A DNA stretch of 60,000 bases from Squalus acanthias (lineage: Eukaryota). This document shows positions 26,390 through 39,194 of the stretch, piece after piece. The stretch is taken from contig CM059431.1 of the NCBI GenBank assembly GCA_030390025.1, positions 102,426,001-102,486,000 of the forward strand. Reading direction: 5' to 3'. The position numbers were made by a program, and so were the translations under genes. The stretch's first letter is position 1. Every line of letters begins with the position of its first letter. Under the pieces are notes generated by a model, which saw only the letters and a list, made by a program, of their open reading frames with translations, ran no database searches and had not been told where the DNA came from.

Positions 26390-27857
26390 CTGAAATTGCA
26401 ATTACATTAAGAGTTGCTTTCTACAGAAGTTAGTAAAATCCAAAATTTAGCAAGAAGTGGAAAAAAAAGAGAATGTCTAGGAAAATTAACTATAAATATT
26501 TTTAATACTGCCAAAGCAGCTGTCAATGGAATAAAAGTCTGCCATTACTCATTAAACCTCCAGCTAGTTTCAAATATTGCTTTGATTCCTTTGCTAAATT
26601 TACTTCTGTTTTCTTCAAGTTATCTAAATGTAAGGGAAATTAAGTCAGCCAGTTTTGTAAAACATCTGTTTGCCCTAAATGTTAAAATAAAACCCATTAA
26701 AACTTACTTTAGATCTGTGCACCAAGTGTAGCGCCGTTCTCTGCCTCTTCGCAGTTGCGCCACGCAACACCAGCTCTAAAGCTTGCACATCTCACCAAAA
26801 AAACTTTCTACTTAAAAGAGCGCAAACGTCACCGTTTCATAGTTTCAGGTTTGTGTTTCCTATAAAACATACATCAGGATGAAAGTGGCAATGTACTGAA
26901 ATGTGAACGAAAAGCAATGGTTGATATATAAATCGTGCACCTTTTGAATGCATATAAATCTGCAACACCAGGCAATTTAATAATGTTACTTTTATTAATG
27001 CAATTTTGAAGTTGCTTAATAAAGCAAGATACAATTACCAATTTGTCTTTAGAAATAACCCCCCCCAATCTCGTTTCCCTCACCCACCCCTGGAATCAAA
27101 TTAGCAGTGTCGGAGGAGGACTGTCTCTGTAGGAAGGTGATATCCCACAGTAGCCAAGTCACCATGTAATTCAGCAGCAGATCCGTCTGTTCATAGAGAC
27201 AACAGGACATCAAATGAAAACTGCGTTCAAGTTAATAAAGGCGCACTTCACGTGGATTTGCCATTGCATTTGATCGTTTATTGGACTGAGAGGTAAATGA
27301 GGTGCTGCTGAACACGTTAAAGAAATTCACATTTCAGAATCGTTTGCAGGACAGCAGTCGGCGCTTGGAATAAAAATAAAACAGGGCGGGATTATCAAAA
27401 CAGTAGCACAAATGAGAGATCTTGCATGCCGCGGTTTTAACAGGCAGGAGGATCTATTGCCTACCCGGGAAAAGACAATCGCCACACTATTTAGTACTAC
27501 AATACTAGATGTATAGAAATATCTTACCAGTTCAATGCACACCAACACTAGAGCAACTTGTTTCAAAATAGTTATGGTTGATATGAGAAAGTTCTTTTTT
27601 GTTTAAACTGACTGCATTTGTGCCATGTTTTGGTGATACAAATAGAAAAATAACTATCAGTGCTGTAAGGGGCGGGGGTATGAAGATATTCCTCTGTAAT
27701 TTGCAGCAGTCTTAATACACAAATGTGCTGAACCACAGAGCTTCCTGCTACTCACTGCGGTCTGCATAAGTGACCCACACAACAGTTCTCTCACAGAAGA
27801 GGGAGAAAAAGGACAAATCATGAATGATTTTTGCATGTTAAGAATATTTAAGGCCAT
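26360..27857 (-). other. IPO5: putative IPO5 3' UTR
   Basis: AT-rich, apparently repeat-free stretch after the stop; minus-strand AATAAA at 27278-27283, 26991-26996 and 26384-26389; end point inferred. Confidence 0.55.
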
Positions 27858-27944
27858 TCAAGCAGTGTTCAACAGATTTTGTATCGCTGCCTGCTGGGCT
27901 TCGTTGAGCGATGTCATGCACTCGGTCCACAGCGCCCCCGAACC
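27858..27944 (-). CDS. IPO5: importin-5 last coding exon
   Basis: GSGALWTECMTSLNEAQQAAIQNLLNTA-stop, matching the IPO5 C-terminus; TGA at 27860-27858. Confidence 0.96.
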   Translation of the reverse strand, partial: GSGALWTECMTSLNEAQQAAIQNLLNTA

Positions 27945-28359
27945 CTGGAATCGGAAAAGAAAAAAACAAAACAGTACTTTCAGCAAGTTCTGCACAGGGT
28001 ATTTTCAATCCATCATAAAATGTTTTGACACAGCTAAGCTGCTTATCATGCAAGTGCTACCCTCAGTAAGTAAACTGCACCATGTGGTATGACAGTAAAG
28101 TATAGCAGAACACAAAAAACTGTGCCAAGTAGGTTTGAAACTTTTGGAAATGTTTACGTTATATACACACACATTTTTAAAAACAGCACATCTCAAGTAT
28201 TATGCAACATCCATTCAGTTGGTGCATGATAGCAAACCAGTCTGTTTTAATAACATACACGGTAGAAGCTTCCCCAACTATTTTGAAATTGAAAGGCACC
28301 TCAACTGATAACTTCACTCCCCACGTCCCCCCAAACTCGTTTTGTTTTGACATACTAAC

Positions 28360-28501
28360 CTGTACTTGTCGAATGACATTTGCCAACCGTTTGCTACAGC
28401 TATCTTCATTCTTTATAGCTTCATTAGTAAGACCATCAGCAATGATAGCAAACACTCTAGGAAGGCTGGAATTATTAGGCCCAAGCACAATCGGATTGTT
28501 A
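28360..28501 (-). CDS. IPO5: importin-5 penultimate coding exon
   Basis: [23 protein letters not shown]...[11 protein letters not shown]; ag/gttagt; 142 nt. Confidence 0.96.
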
Positions 28502-28749
28502 CTGCGGAGAAAACATTACAATGATTTTTGCTTGTGAAATCAGTGAGTTTCTAAACTTTAGAGTGCTGCACTTACCTCGCTGCGAGATGGCTTTGAATTT
28601 CAGTAACAAAATTTGCCATTTCACCCTCCCCCAAACTATTTTCTAAAATCAGTAACCAATTTCCCCCTTGTTCTGTGCCTTCTTAAAAATGCTGTTCATC
28701 TGTAGTATTTTTCAGTTCCGAAAAAGGGTTTATACTTGAAACTCTGAAT

Positions 28750-29055
28750 CCCTATCTCTGCAAGCTCCTTCAGCCCCACAACCCTCCGAGAACACTGCAT
28801 TCCTCCAATTCTGGCCTCTTGCGCATCCCAGGTTTCCTTCGCTCCACCATTGGCGGCCGTGCCTTCAGCTGCCTAAGCTCTGGAATTCCCTCCCTAAACC
28901 TCGCTGCCTGCCTCTCCTCCTTGAAACCTACCTCTTTGACCAAGTTTTTGGTCACCTGTCCCAATATCTCATGTGGCTCGCCGTCAAAGTCTGTCTCCTG
29001 TGAATCGCCATGGGACATTTTACTACGTTAAAGGCGCTGTATAAATACAAGTCGT
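28750..29055 (+). mobile_element. L2 3' fragment
   Basis: STIGGRAFS peptide and L2 3' UTR. Confidence 0.82.
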
Positions 29056-30631
29056 TGAAACCTCAACTTAGTGTTTTATTGACTAAATCTATCCAGATCA
29101 ATCTTTTAGGTAAAAAAAGAGTCAGTGTGTCATGCTCGCTAAGCCTAGGAAAATGTGACTTGCGTGTTGACACTGTACCTGGTTACACTGTGCTGTAGCA
29201 CCACCTAGAGCCTCACATGTGAATACACAGCATCCAGTCTACAAACTACAGCTGCAGCTTTTCAATTACAATCACCACCACTCAATCCGTTCCCAGTTAT
29301 GCGGGACAGCTGCCTGTAATCGGGCGAATGGCACTGACCATTTGGCATCACCGTAGGTGGCAATTACAAAGGCGCCGCTTAAACGGCATAAAGCGGGCCA
29401 GCTATTTCAGGCAGTTCGAGTAGCTGCGCGATTACTTGTCATTAAGTCCTCACCCTCCCTATGCAAGTCTGAACAAGTGACGTTAATTGCACGTCGAGAC
29501 GGGAGTTTCCCCCTCCCGTCCAATAAACTCTCAGTAACCAATATGCAAGAGCTCCAATGAAATGGGAGGTTGTTGGGAATACGGCAACTCGTGATCCAGA
29601 TTCAGGGTCCTCTTCTGACCACCCGCCCCGTTACAGTCTAGAATCATAGAAAGCTACAGCACGGAAGGAGTCTAACCGCCTCTTAAACGGTTCCAGGACT
29701 TTAATCTCAGCAAAGTTTACAGATTCATCAGTGTGCTGACTGCTGGCACAAGGCTCCTTCCCCCTCACCATTGTTGGAATAAATGGTTTTGCAGAAAAGC
29801 TAGGGTAAGCAAATGCTCATCCATGAGATTTGCTCTTGCACTACAGGGTTATCGGAGTCCAGTGCGCACAGTGCTCAAATCGCATTAGGACGAACGTGCC
29901 CGCTCTAAGCGGTGGGGACTGTATACAGATTCAGGAGCATTCAGTCGACATCCACTCATAAGCTAGTTGCTTCAGTAATAGCTTACAATACCCAACATAC
30001 CGGGGGTAGAACTCCCTCGGGGGCTTTCCCGGTCGACTGTCGAAACTTCTGCAGAAAGCCCACTCCCAGCACGTAAATGGAGTTTCTGCTGATCTTCCAC
30101 CCAAATTCCGGCAGCTGCTTGGGGGAACCCCACCACCCCCACCCAACGTTCCCTATAAGGTGCACGACCGCGCACCCCTCTGCTGGTCCCTCGCAGCCCT
30201 CGACCGGCTTTTTCAATGGCCGTGCAGCCCCTGAAAGGGACCACGCACCCCACCCCCCCAAAAAAAGAGGGAGCATTGCCCCCACCCACCCCAAGGAGAT
30301 GCCCCAAATATTGGTGGGCCGCAAGCTAGAACAGCATGTGGATTCAGCAGCTCAGGTTCAATCGACGCTTGCGATTTGTGTTCGGTTCAGATTTAGAAAG
30401 AGAATCAGGATATCGCTTTACTACAAAACCTGTACCCTCGCATCCTCGACCCAATTTAATAAACACCCGAGAGATTCAACTCTGCCAAATATATCCGGTT
30501 TTTCACAATATGCATCCTTCCGTGTCAAAGACAATTTGAATACATAGAAGCCACGTAGCCCTTAAGTCAGTCAAGTCATTGTAGCAGGTTCCTTTTAAAG
30601 GTAAAGGTGCTGTAAATGGAGGCAAGTTTTT

Positions 30632-31110
30632 TTTTTTATTCGTTCGAGATGCGGGCGTCGCTGGCAAGGCCAGCATTTATTGCCCATCCCTAATTGCCCT
30701 TGAGAAGGTGGTGGTGAGCCACCTTCTTAAACCGCTGCCATCCACGTGGTGAAGGTACTCCCAGTGTGGTTATACTTCTATGTAGTGGTTTGGTACAACT
30801 GAGTGCCTTATGAGGCCATTTCAGAGGGCAGTTAAGAGTCAACCATATTGCTGTGGGTCTGGAGTCACATCGGCCAGACCGTGTCAAGGCGGCAGATTTC
30901 CTTCCCTAAAGGACATTAGGTGAACCTAATTGAACTTTTACGACAATCATGGTCACCATCACTGATACTAGCTTTTTATTCCAGATTTATTTAATTAACT
31001 GAATTTAAATTCCCCAGCTGCTGGGGTGGGATTTCAACTCATGTCTCCAGATCATTAGTCCAGGCCTCTGGATTACTAGTCCAGTAACATAACCACTGTT
31101 ACCGTACCCC
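30632..31110 (-). mobile_element. second tRNA-derived SINE family
   Basis: Reverse complement of 39867-40372. Confidence 0.82.
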
Positions 31111-31454
31111 TAAGTGGGATCCGCTACTCCTGGGAGCAAGTCCTTTTTAGACCATCAGAGGTGGGTCAGGAAAGAACGACTGGAATTTCCCCAGAGTACT
31201 GGCTGGCGACCTCCCAGGTCTCCGTCAACATAGTTAGAAGCCAGTCATGAGAAGATGCACAAGCAACTTCTGGCTTTCAGAATCAGAATACTACAGCACA
31301 GAATGAGGCCATTCGGTCCATCGAGTCTGCGCCGGCTCTTTCAAAGAGCAATCCCAGTTAGTCCCACTCCCCCAGCAACTTTTTCTCCTTCAAGTCTTTA
31401 TCCTATTCCCTTTTGAAGGCTACAATTGAATCTGTATCCACCACCCCGAGACAA

Positions 31455-31915
31455 TAAACCGAGGCCCTGTCTGCTCTCAGGTGGACATAAAAGATCCCAC
31501 GGCCACTATTTCGAAGAGCAGCAGAGGGAGTTCTCCCCGGTGTCCTGGCCAATATTTATCCCTCATATCAACATCACAAACAGATTATCTGGTCATTATC
31601 ACATTGCTGTATCTGGGAACTTGCTGTGCGCAAATTGGCTGCTGCGTTTCTTACATTACAACAGTGACTACACTTCAAAAAGAAATAGGAGCAGGAGTAG
31701 GCCATTTGGCCCCTCGAGCCATTCAATAAGATCATGGCTGATCTGATCTTGTCCTCAACTCCACTTTCCTGCCCGCTCCCCGTAACTCTTGATTCCCTTT
31801 TTTTCAAAAATCTGTTTATCTCCACCTTGAATATATTCACTGACTCAGCCTCCACAGGGTGTAAAAGCGCCTTTGGGATGCCCCGAGGTCATGCAAGGCG
31901 CTGTATAAATGCAAG
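31455..31915 (+). mobile_element. same SINE family with antisense CR1 3' end inserted at ~31681-31858
   Basis: SINE core ..GTGACTACACTTCAAAA, CR1 tail, then SINE tail resumes. Confidence 0.8.
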
Positions 31916-32647
31916 TGTTTGTTGTTTTCGTTTCTCCCATCCATATTTAACCTAATTTCTTGTGCAAATCTTCAATCGCCTTGCGTTACAACAGAATTTA
32001 CACAGGAAAAAAGGGGCGGTTGACTGAACCAAGCAAGATTAGCAATAGGACCAGGGAAACAGACATTACTCTCTGAATACCATGACTTTGCAGACGAAAA
32101 GATTATTTGGTTGTTTTTGTTCCTTTAGAAAAAACCACTGCAGGAACAAAGCTAGATGATTTGGAACGGGATCTCATGTCCACGAACTGAAAAAACACAT
32201 GGCCCTTTCAGTACAGCGGCTCATAAGCTAGGTGTCCTAAACTTCTATTGGCTTCACTGTACACGAACAAATTTTATAAGCTGCTTACATTAGTTCCCAG
32301 CTCGCCTACAATAAATAATGATCAGCATCCCCTTAAATATTAAACAATATTTCTAGAGTTTAAAAAAGTGACAGATTTCGCCAAGCTCCGTAAGGAAAGT
32401 GAAGCCTCTGCGCACAAGATGTTAAAATCAGTAAACATACATGTTGAACATCATTTTGTAGAATCATATGGCGCAGGAGGAGGTGGCCATTCGGCCCATC
32501 GTGCCTGTTCTTTGAAAGAGCCGTCCAATTAGTCCTACTCACCCCCTGCTCTTTCCCACAAAGCAGTGCAAACTTTCCCTCATCTTTTTAGACCACTTCA
32601 CAAGTTATTAGCTGGAATCAGAAAGATGATGGAGGCATAAAACTTGC

Positions 32648-32876
32648 CTTTCAATAAGATCACACAAATAACTGAAAGTGTGAACTGCTTCTTCCTTGTC
32701 TTCATGCAGTGGTAGCCACGAGAGCCAGTGAGGTAAAATCTCATTGACATTTACACATTCTGGTCTGCACTTCATGACTTTTCCTACTGCAGATATGCAG
32801 TTTTCTGTTGCATTAATATTTTCTTTGGTTTTGGACCCTTCCATTTGGATAACCCCTACCAGGAGTGGAATTGCCT
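32648..32876 (-). CDS. IPO5: importin-5 coding exon (ends at GC donor)
   Basis: [32 protein letters not shown]...SYLCDLIE+AG, followed by gcaagt; 229 nt. Confidence 0.95.
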
Positions 32877-34630
32877 CTGTTGGGGGAGGAAAAAAAAAAT
32901 ACTTAAGCATTTTTTAATTATTCTGTCTAGAAACACATCTGACACTCAACTCTGCCAGCCACCCTCACTACCACCACCCCCCGCATCCCACTGCGGTCCG
33001 ATTCCACACAGACAGTCTTCTGACAAGATAATGTCGGCAGATTATTTAATTGCCGATCCTGACCCTTGCTCTCAGCGATGCCCACAAGCGGGCATTCTCC
33101 AGCAAGGGCTCACTCGATACCAGTGATCAGGACCATAGCACATCCACAGCCAGCCGACACATGCTCCAGTTGCCTGCAGCACTCCCGAGCATTGCCCAGT
33201 AAGCTAGAGTGGGGACTGAAGCTGAAACCTGTGCTCAGTAGCACAGTGGGTTTACCCACTGATATGAATGCATCACAGAAACTCAAAACCACCGCATAGC
33301 AATTAGCTTGAACAAAATTTGGAGGACACAAAATGACAAAAAACCTCAAATGAGCGACCAATAAATCTTTCCATTCAAGCACGCCCCATCAAAAGTTGTT
33401 CAATTGTTTTAATTTTTAAGACAAAATATGGTTTAGAGAACATAATATTATACAATAAACACTTGTTTTGGTCACCATTAGGCTACATACACAAAATACA
33501 GCTATGGTTAGAAATTCCATCTCCATGCCACATTTATCCAAAAAAAATGCCAGTGTGACTACAGGACTTTGCCCATAGAATAAATGTAACACATGGAGGA
33601 ACTTTTAGTGATTAGTATTATAGACCAATGCATTTCTTGTCCTAATCCTCAACAATATTGTTTGTGGCAAAACTCTGCAAGGTTGCAATGCTCAGTTACC
33701 TATTCTAAAACACTATTTAACCCATTAACTCATTCCGTACCAAAACACCTTTCTTCCCTGCAAGTGTAAGGGGGGTTGGGGGTGGTAAAAAAAATTCTCG
33801 GGTTAGATTGTTAAAAATTGCTCAAAAATTTGTACCACTATAATGGAATCCCAAATCAAAGCCACTTTCAGTTGCAACATTTCATTGAAAATTAAAAGGA
33901 GAACCCTTTGTGCAACCTGACTTGATTATATTTCTTCAACGCAGCAAAGCTAATATTAAAAGCTTTACATGCATTTCTCTTACTACAATTTGCAATTATA
34001 CGGCGCCACTTTTAAAACAGGCTCCCTCTCCCTCACATTAAAGAGGAAAAAAAGTCACAGTGGATAAGGTTACAGAAAAAACCATTAATAATAGATGCGT
34101 ATAACTATCGAAAGTTTTACACAATCTAGGTCGTCACTGGCTTTTAAAAGAAAGATCAGAATCTCTCTTTTGCGGTCAGCATGAAACAAACAGCATGTTT
34201 CAGACAAAACTGTTATACGATCATGGAAGCATCTCAGATCCAGCGCTCATTTCTAAAACACCAATAAATTAAGCTTTAAAATAGTCAGCCGCAGTTCAAC
34301 TATCTCAGGTTTCTGGCCCCGCCCTAATGGTACACACATGGTGAAATTTGATAGAAAGCATTGGTGACCAACAGACAATGGATTAGATTTTTTAACGGCT
34401 TGTGGTCTGTTCATAAATTAAGACTCCATTTGATTAAGTGATGCTAAAAAAAAATCACTACAGCATCCTGGAATTAAGAGAATGTCAGGTCAATACACAT
34501 TGTAAAAAGGTGCACAGCTAAAAACATTAACGTCACATGCTCAGTCTCTGCTTTAACCCCACATTGTTTGTAACTCAGCTCTTTTGTTGTTCAACTGTAC
34601 AAACAGAAAACCATAACCCATTAAACCTAC

Positions 34631-34850
34631 CAGTACAGAATGGCCTGTAATTCTCTCCACCAAACTGTGCCATAACTCCAATGCCATATGCTGCTGCTTG
34701 TCTGACCTCAGGACTGTTGTCACAGACGTATTGCAACATGGGCCTCAGGAAGTACTCTGCATATTTAAAGGACGTAGGACTGCAATGCTCAATTACATCA
34801 TCAAAGATGCATAAACCCCACTGCTTGTCTGCCCATGGCCTGTGTGGACA
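34631..34850 (-). CDS. IPO5: importin-5 coding exon
   Basis: [25 protein letters not shown]...[10 protein letters not shown]; ag/gtaggt; 220 nt. Confidence 0.97.
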
Positions 34851-34943
34851 CTACAGAAATGAAAAGTATGCATCAGCTTGAAAGCATTGGGAGAATTGGA
34901 GTCAATGTCAAAAAGTCTTGAAATTTTTTCGCTTTAAACTTAC

Positions 34944-35066
34944 GATTAGATTGACTATTAGTGGTAGAATTTGTTCAAACCATGGCAGCACTTTTTCTTT
35001 GTAACAGCTGAACATTGAATGCAAGATGTCCGAAATTTTAGTTAAGATGTAAACATCACTATCATC
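34944..35066 (-). CDS. IPO5: importin-5 coding exon
   Basis: [41 protein letters not shown]; ag/gtaagt; 123 nt. Confidence 0.97.
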
Positions 35067-35293
35067 CTGTAAGCAATTAAAACACTGCATTACACACAAA
35101 TTTAAACGAGTCGAATCCATTCAGAATTTGCTTCTGATAGCCACAGCAACACAAAAGGCCATTTAGAATTCATTAAAAGATACTCAACAATTCTCTCCCC
35201 GCAACCAAATTAATTTGTCACTATAGGAATTTTATTATAGCAGATAAGTTTAAAATTTAACATAATCTATAATAAATAGGTACAAGATATTAC

Positions 35294-35349
35294 TTCGTCT
35301 TGTAAATTTTCTTCAACTTGTTCATCATAGTCTTCATCTTGTCTTTTTG
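35294..35349 (-). CDS. IPO5: importin-5 coding exon
   Basis: KRQDEDYDEQVEENLQDE; ag/gtaat; 56 nt. Confidence 0.96.
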
Positions 35350-35561
35350 CTAAGGGCAAAAACAATGATTAAATTGCAACGTTGTAAGTCTATAATTAAA
35401 AATCTTGCACACAATAGGAGAAAGAGGGGGGAGGGAGGGAGGGAGAAAGCAAGGTAGAGAGGTGACAGAACGATACACAGAAACATCACGAAGTGTGACC
35501 AACACTGCATGAGATTTTCTTGTGTAAGTTTACTAACTGTAAAGATGCATCACATTTATAC

Positions 35562-35673
35562 CTTGTCTCAATTCTTGATTTTTGAAATGTTCCTCTAATT
35601 TCCCCTTCATAATGTTTCCCAGTTCCTCGAGATGCTCCTTGTTTAAGCAGCCTTCACCCATCAACTCTACACA
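35562..35673 (-). CDS. IPO5: importin-5 coding exon
   Basis: [37 protein letters not shown]; ag/gtata; 112 nt. Confidence 0.96.
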
Positions 35674-36549
35674 CTAAAGATCGGAGGAGAGAAACGTGCA
35701 AGAACGGCATCAATAAAAGATTCAAGCACTGAAGTCAAAATTGGGGAGGAGAGCACAGGACATTAAGAAACATGTAGGAACAGGGCAGACGATGCATTTA
35801 ATCGTATGGGATGTTCAAATAATCAGTGCACATTTTGAATAAATATACAATATTAACAGATGCATGGAAACATCTCAATCCAGTTAATTTCATACAGGTG
35901 GTCTAAAGGTTATTACTTCCTCCGTGTGCCTTCCGACTCAAGGTTCTGTGACCAATGCATTTCTGATCACTGCACAGGTGGATTGCATCAGCTCCTGCAG
36001 ATGCATTTGTCGCATCAGTTATTCTGCAGCTGAATGCTTGCCAGCATCCCTTTATCACGTCTAGGGATTCTTTGACTACGAGCACTTTATTAAAAAAAAA
36101 ATTGAGCAACAATGCCCAAGATCAGCCATGATCTTACTGAATGGCGGAGCAGGCTCGAGAGGCCAAGTGGCCTATTCCTGCTCCTATTTCTTATGTTCTA
36201 ACAATGGTCCAGAAGGCATTAAGCTGGGACAGTGCAGGCTGAGCCGTGGATGCATGGGCTTTTAAAATGCGGGATGGGCATTTGTTTTGCACAGATCCCA
36301 AACGACAGCAAATTCACCAGCAATGCCTGGCCATTCAGGAAGACCTCTAGCACTTTGGTGTAAATAAGGCTCTCCTGATCGCTACTGGTCTTTGAAGAAA
36401 GGCAGGCAAGCGAGGGGTTACAAAGGAAGAAACTCCAGAGTCTGCTCCTATGTTAAGTAAAGGGCCTACCAAAGTGCATGTGTATTCTTAGTTTGTAAAT
36501 AGTACACAAGCAGAAGGTAAACTGATTGTACCGAGTGTCTCTCATCATA

Positions 36550-37118
36550 CTTGGTGAGATCACACCTGGAGTATTGTGTACAGTTTTGGTCTCCTTACCC
36601 AAGGAAGGATATACTTGCCTGAGAGGGAGTGCAACAAAGGTTCACTAGACTGATTCCTGGGATGAGGTGATTGTCCTATGAGGAGAGATCGAGTAGACTA
36701 GGCCTTTATTTCCTAGAGTTTAGAAGAATGAGAGGTGACCTCATTGAAACGTATAAAATTCTTAAGGGGCTTGACAGGGTAGATGTTGAGGCGCTGTTTC
36801 CCCTGGCTGGGGAGTCTAGAACTAGGGGGCATAGTCTCAGGATAAGGGGTCATCCATTTAGGACTGAGGGGAGGAGAAATTTCTTCACTCAGGGTTGTGA
36901 ATCTTTGGAATTCTCTACCCCAGAGGGCTGTGGATGCTCAGTCGTGGAATATATTCAAGGCTGAGATCGATAGATTCTTGGGCACTAAGGGAATCAAGGG
37001 ATATGGGGAATGGGGTGGGAAAGTGGAGTTGAGGGAGAAGATCAGCCATGATCTTATTGAATGGCGGAGCAGGTTCGAGGGGCCGTATGGCCGACTCCTG
37101 CTCCTATTTCTTATGTTA
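36550..37118 (+). mobile_element. CR1 3' fragment
   Basis: ORFs 36671/36897 and tail. Confidence 0.9.
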
Positions 37119-37393
37119 CTCGGTGTTCCGTATATTTTGTATACTGCAGAATAAAGCAGCTTATGAATCAAAGGGAGGATATTGCAAGGTGGGAATACTG
37201 GAGCCAGCACGGTTCAGGTAGCAATTAACAAGGCAGACTACAACATCTTGTAGCAGCATAACCATTTCTTCCTCCATATATGTTAGAGATACTACCAAAA
37301 CCTATTTGATATGAATCTTTAGAGGCATCCAAATTCTTATTTCATGCAAAATAAAATTATAACAAGTTTCCTATACGCTACATAAAAGATTAC

Positions 37394-37566
37394 CTTTGCA
37401 AAAGAATGCATAATTTCAGAAAGAACATCAGAATCCGGCTCTGTACCAATCCCTTTGATGAGAGAATCACACATAAAATGCCACATTTGTGTCACATACT
37501 CAGGCCCTTGGACCCGGGCACATTCGAGTAACAGAGGCATCGATTCAGCTGCAGCAACACGAACAC
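37394..37566 (-). CDS. IPO5: importin-5 coding exon (starts after AC acceptor)
   Basis: [23 protein letters not shown]...SEIMHSFAK; ac/gtaat; 173 nt. Confidence 0.95.
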
Positions 37567-38126
37567 GTTTCAAGGTCAAGGAAGGCGGCACAGTATTGAA
37601 AATATAAAAAAAGGTAGACAAATAAATTTAACCCACTGTCATGGAGGCTCCATTAAATTCAGCTGTTTCCTACAATACAGCAGTGACTACACTTCGAAAG
37701 TACGTCATTTGGGACGCTGAGGTCATGAAAGGCGCTATATAAATGCAAATCTATCTTTCTTTCATAACTGGGTTCTAAGTCAATTACTGCTCGATATCAT
37801 TAGAATTTTATTTTCTCCAAAATCGATTTTTCTTTTTTAAAAAAGTGCCCCATACTAAATTTTAATTTGTGTTGTTGAAAAAGTATACAGTAATTAAGTC
37901 CCAATTGTCCCAACAGCATTTAACACATTCTTAATTAAAAAGGTTTTAAAATATACCACTTAATCGTACATAACACTTTTCAAATGTTTCAAGATACTTC
38001 TATTTAAAAAATGTGTTGTAAGATTTTCCCCCTCATTTTGTTAGAGGGCCCAGGAAAGAAGGGGGGTGGGGAAGGAGGGGAATTTTTTAAATATTACATA
38101 CAAGATTGCTTTGAAAGAAAGGATAT
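37567..38126 (-). other. IPO5: U12-type (minor spliceosome) AT-AC intron of IPO5
   Basis: 5' ATATCCTTT (38126-38118), branch site TTCCTTGAC (37583-37575), terminal AC; splicing restores [13 protein letters not shown]. Confidence 0.95.
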
Positions 38127-38223
38127 CATCGTGAAAATAAAATTTAAGAAGCGGCACCATCAGTTTCACCACTTGCTCAGTGTACTCAGCAAACCCTTCC
38201 TTCAGCTCTTTCGCATAACACAC
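38127..38223 (-). CDS. IPO5: importin-5 coding exon (ends at U12 donor)
   Basis: [32 protein letters not shown]+G, followed by ATATCCTTT; 97 nt. Confidence 0.95.
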
Positions 38224-39194
38224 CTAGGAACAGAAATGGCAATTTGTTTATAGTTAATCGTGGAAAGAAATCGGTCCCTACAAAAACACACATTCACATT
38301 TTTTTAAAAAAATAATTTCTCTGGGTCCTGATTGTGAACCAACTGCTTTAAGAAAAGACTCACTTGTACCTGTAAATGTAGTGACTCAGACATATTATGG
38401 AATGACCAAACCCATCAACAACAATGCTGAAGTACTAACAGATCACTTTAATTCAGCTGGGTTGGCAATTTATTTACTTTTTTATTCATTCACGGGATGT
38501 GGGTGCCGCCGGCAAGGTCAGCATTTATTGCCCATCCCTAACTGCCTTCGACAAGGTGGTGGAGGGCCGCCTTCTTGAACCGCTGCAGTCCGTGTGGTGA
38601 AGGTGCTCCCACAGTGCTGTTAGGGAGGGAGTTCCAGGATTTTGACCCAGCACCGATGAAGGAACGGCCGATATACTTCCAAGTCAGGATGGTGTATGAC
38701 TTGGAGGTGGTGGCGGTGTTCCCATGCGCCTGCTGCCCATGTCATTCCAGGTGGTAGAGCTCGCGGGTTTGGGAGTGCTGTCGAAGAATTAGCTCAGTTT
38801 CTACAGAAATTCCAAACGAATGACATCTTCATGGCCCGAGAGAGAGTCAAAAGGTCATTGTTATTGTCTGATACTTAAATTTTCCCAACGCGTTATCATT
38901 CAGAGCCATGTGTTAGGATAGGTGGGAGCAGACAGCTTGCACAGCCTTGAAACCCCAGCCAGACACTTGAATATATATATAGGATTCCTGTGATGTTAAA
39001 AAGCGTTGGGGCATCACAGCTGGGTTCAATTCTTTCCTTGCCGGATATCCTTGGGTGCATTTTCCAAGCAGGGAAACCCAGCATCCACACATGCAGTGGG
39101 CTCTGGATCTCCCGTCAGGAATGGGAACCATGCAAACTTTTTTTTCCCTTCTCAAGACCCGAGGCCAGCTCTAGTGTGTCCCCCTGCCCCAGCC

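Larger units (their letters stand above)
28502..32647 (-). other. IPO5: GC-AG intron of IPO5
   Basis: Donor AAG|GCAAGT, acceptor ccgcag|T; junction gives [12 protein letters not shown] as expected for IPO5. Confidence 0.9.

Noticed and set aside
29920..30330. CpG-rich patch with weak inverted ends (GGGGTAGAACTCCC / GGGAGCATTGCCCC)
   Set aside because: TIR match is weak and no TSD is evident; probably a decayed MITE rather than a promoter or gene.
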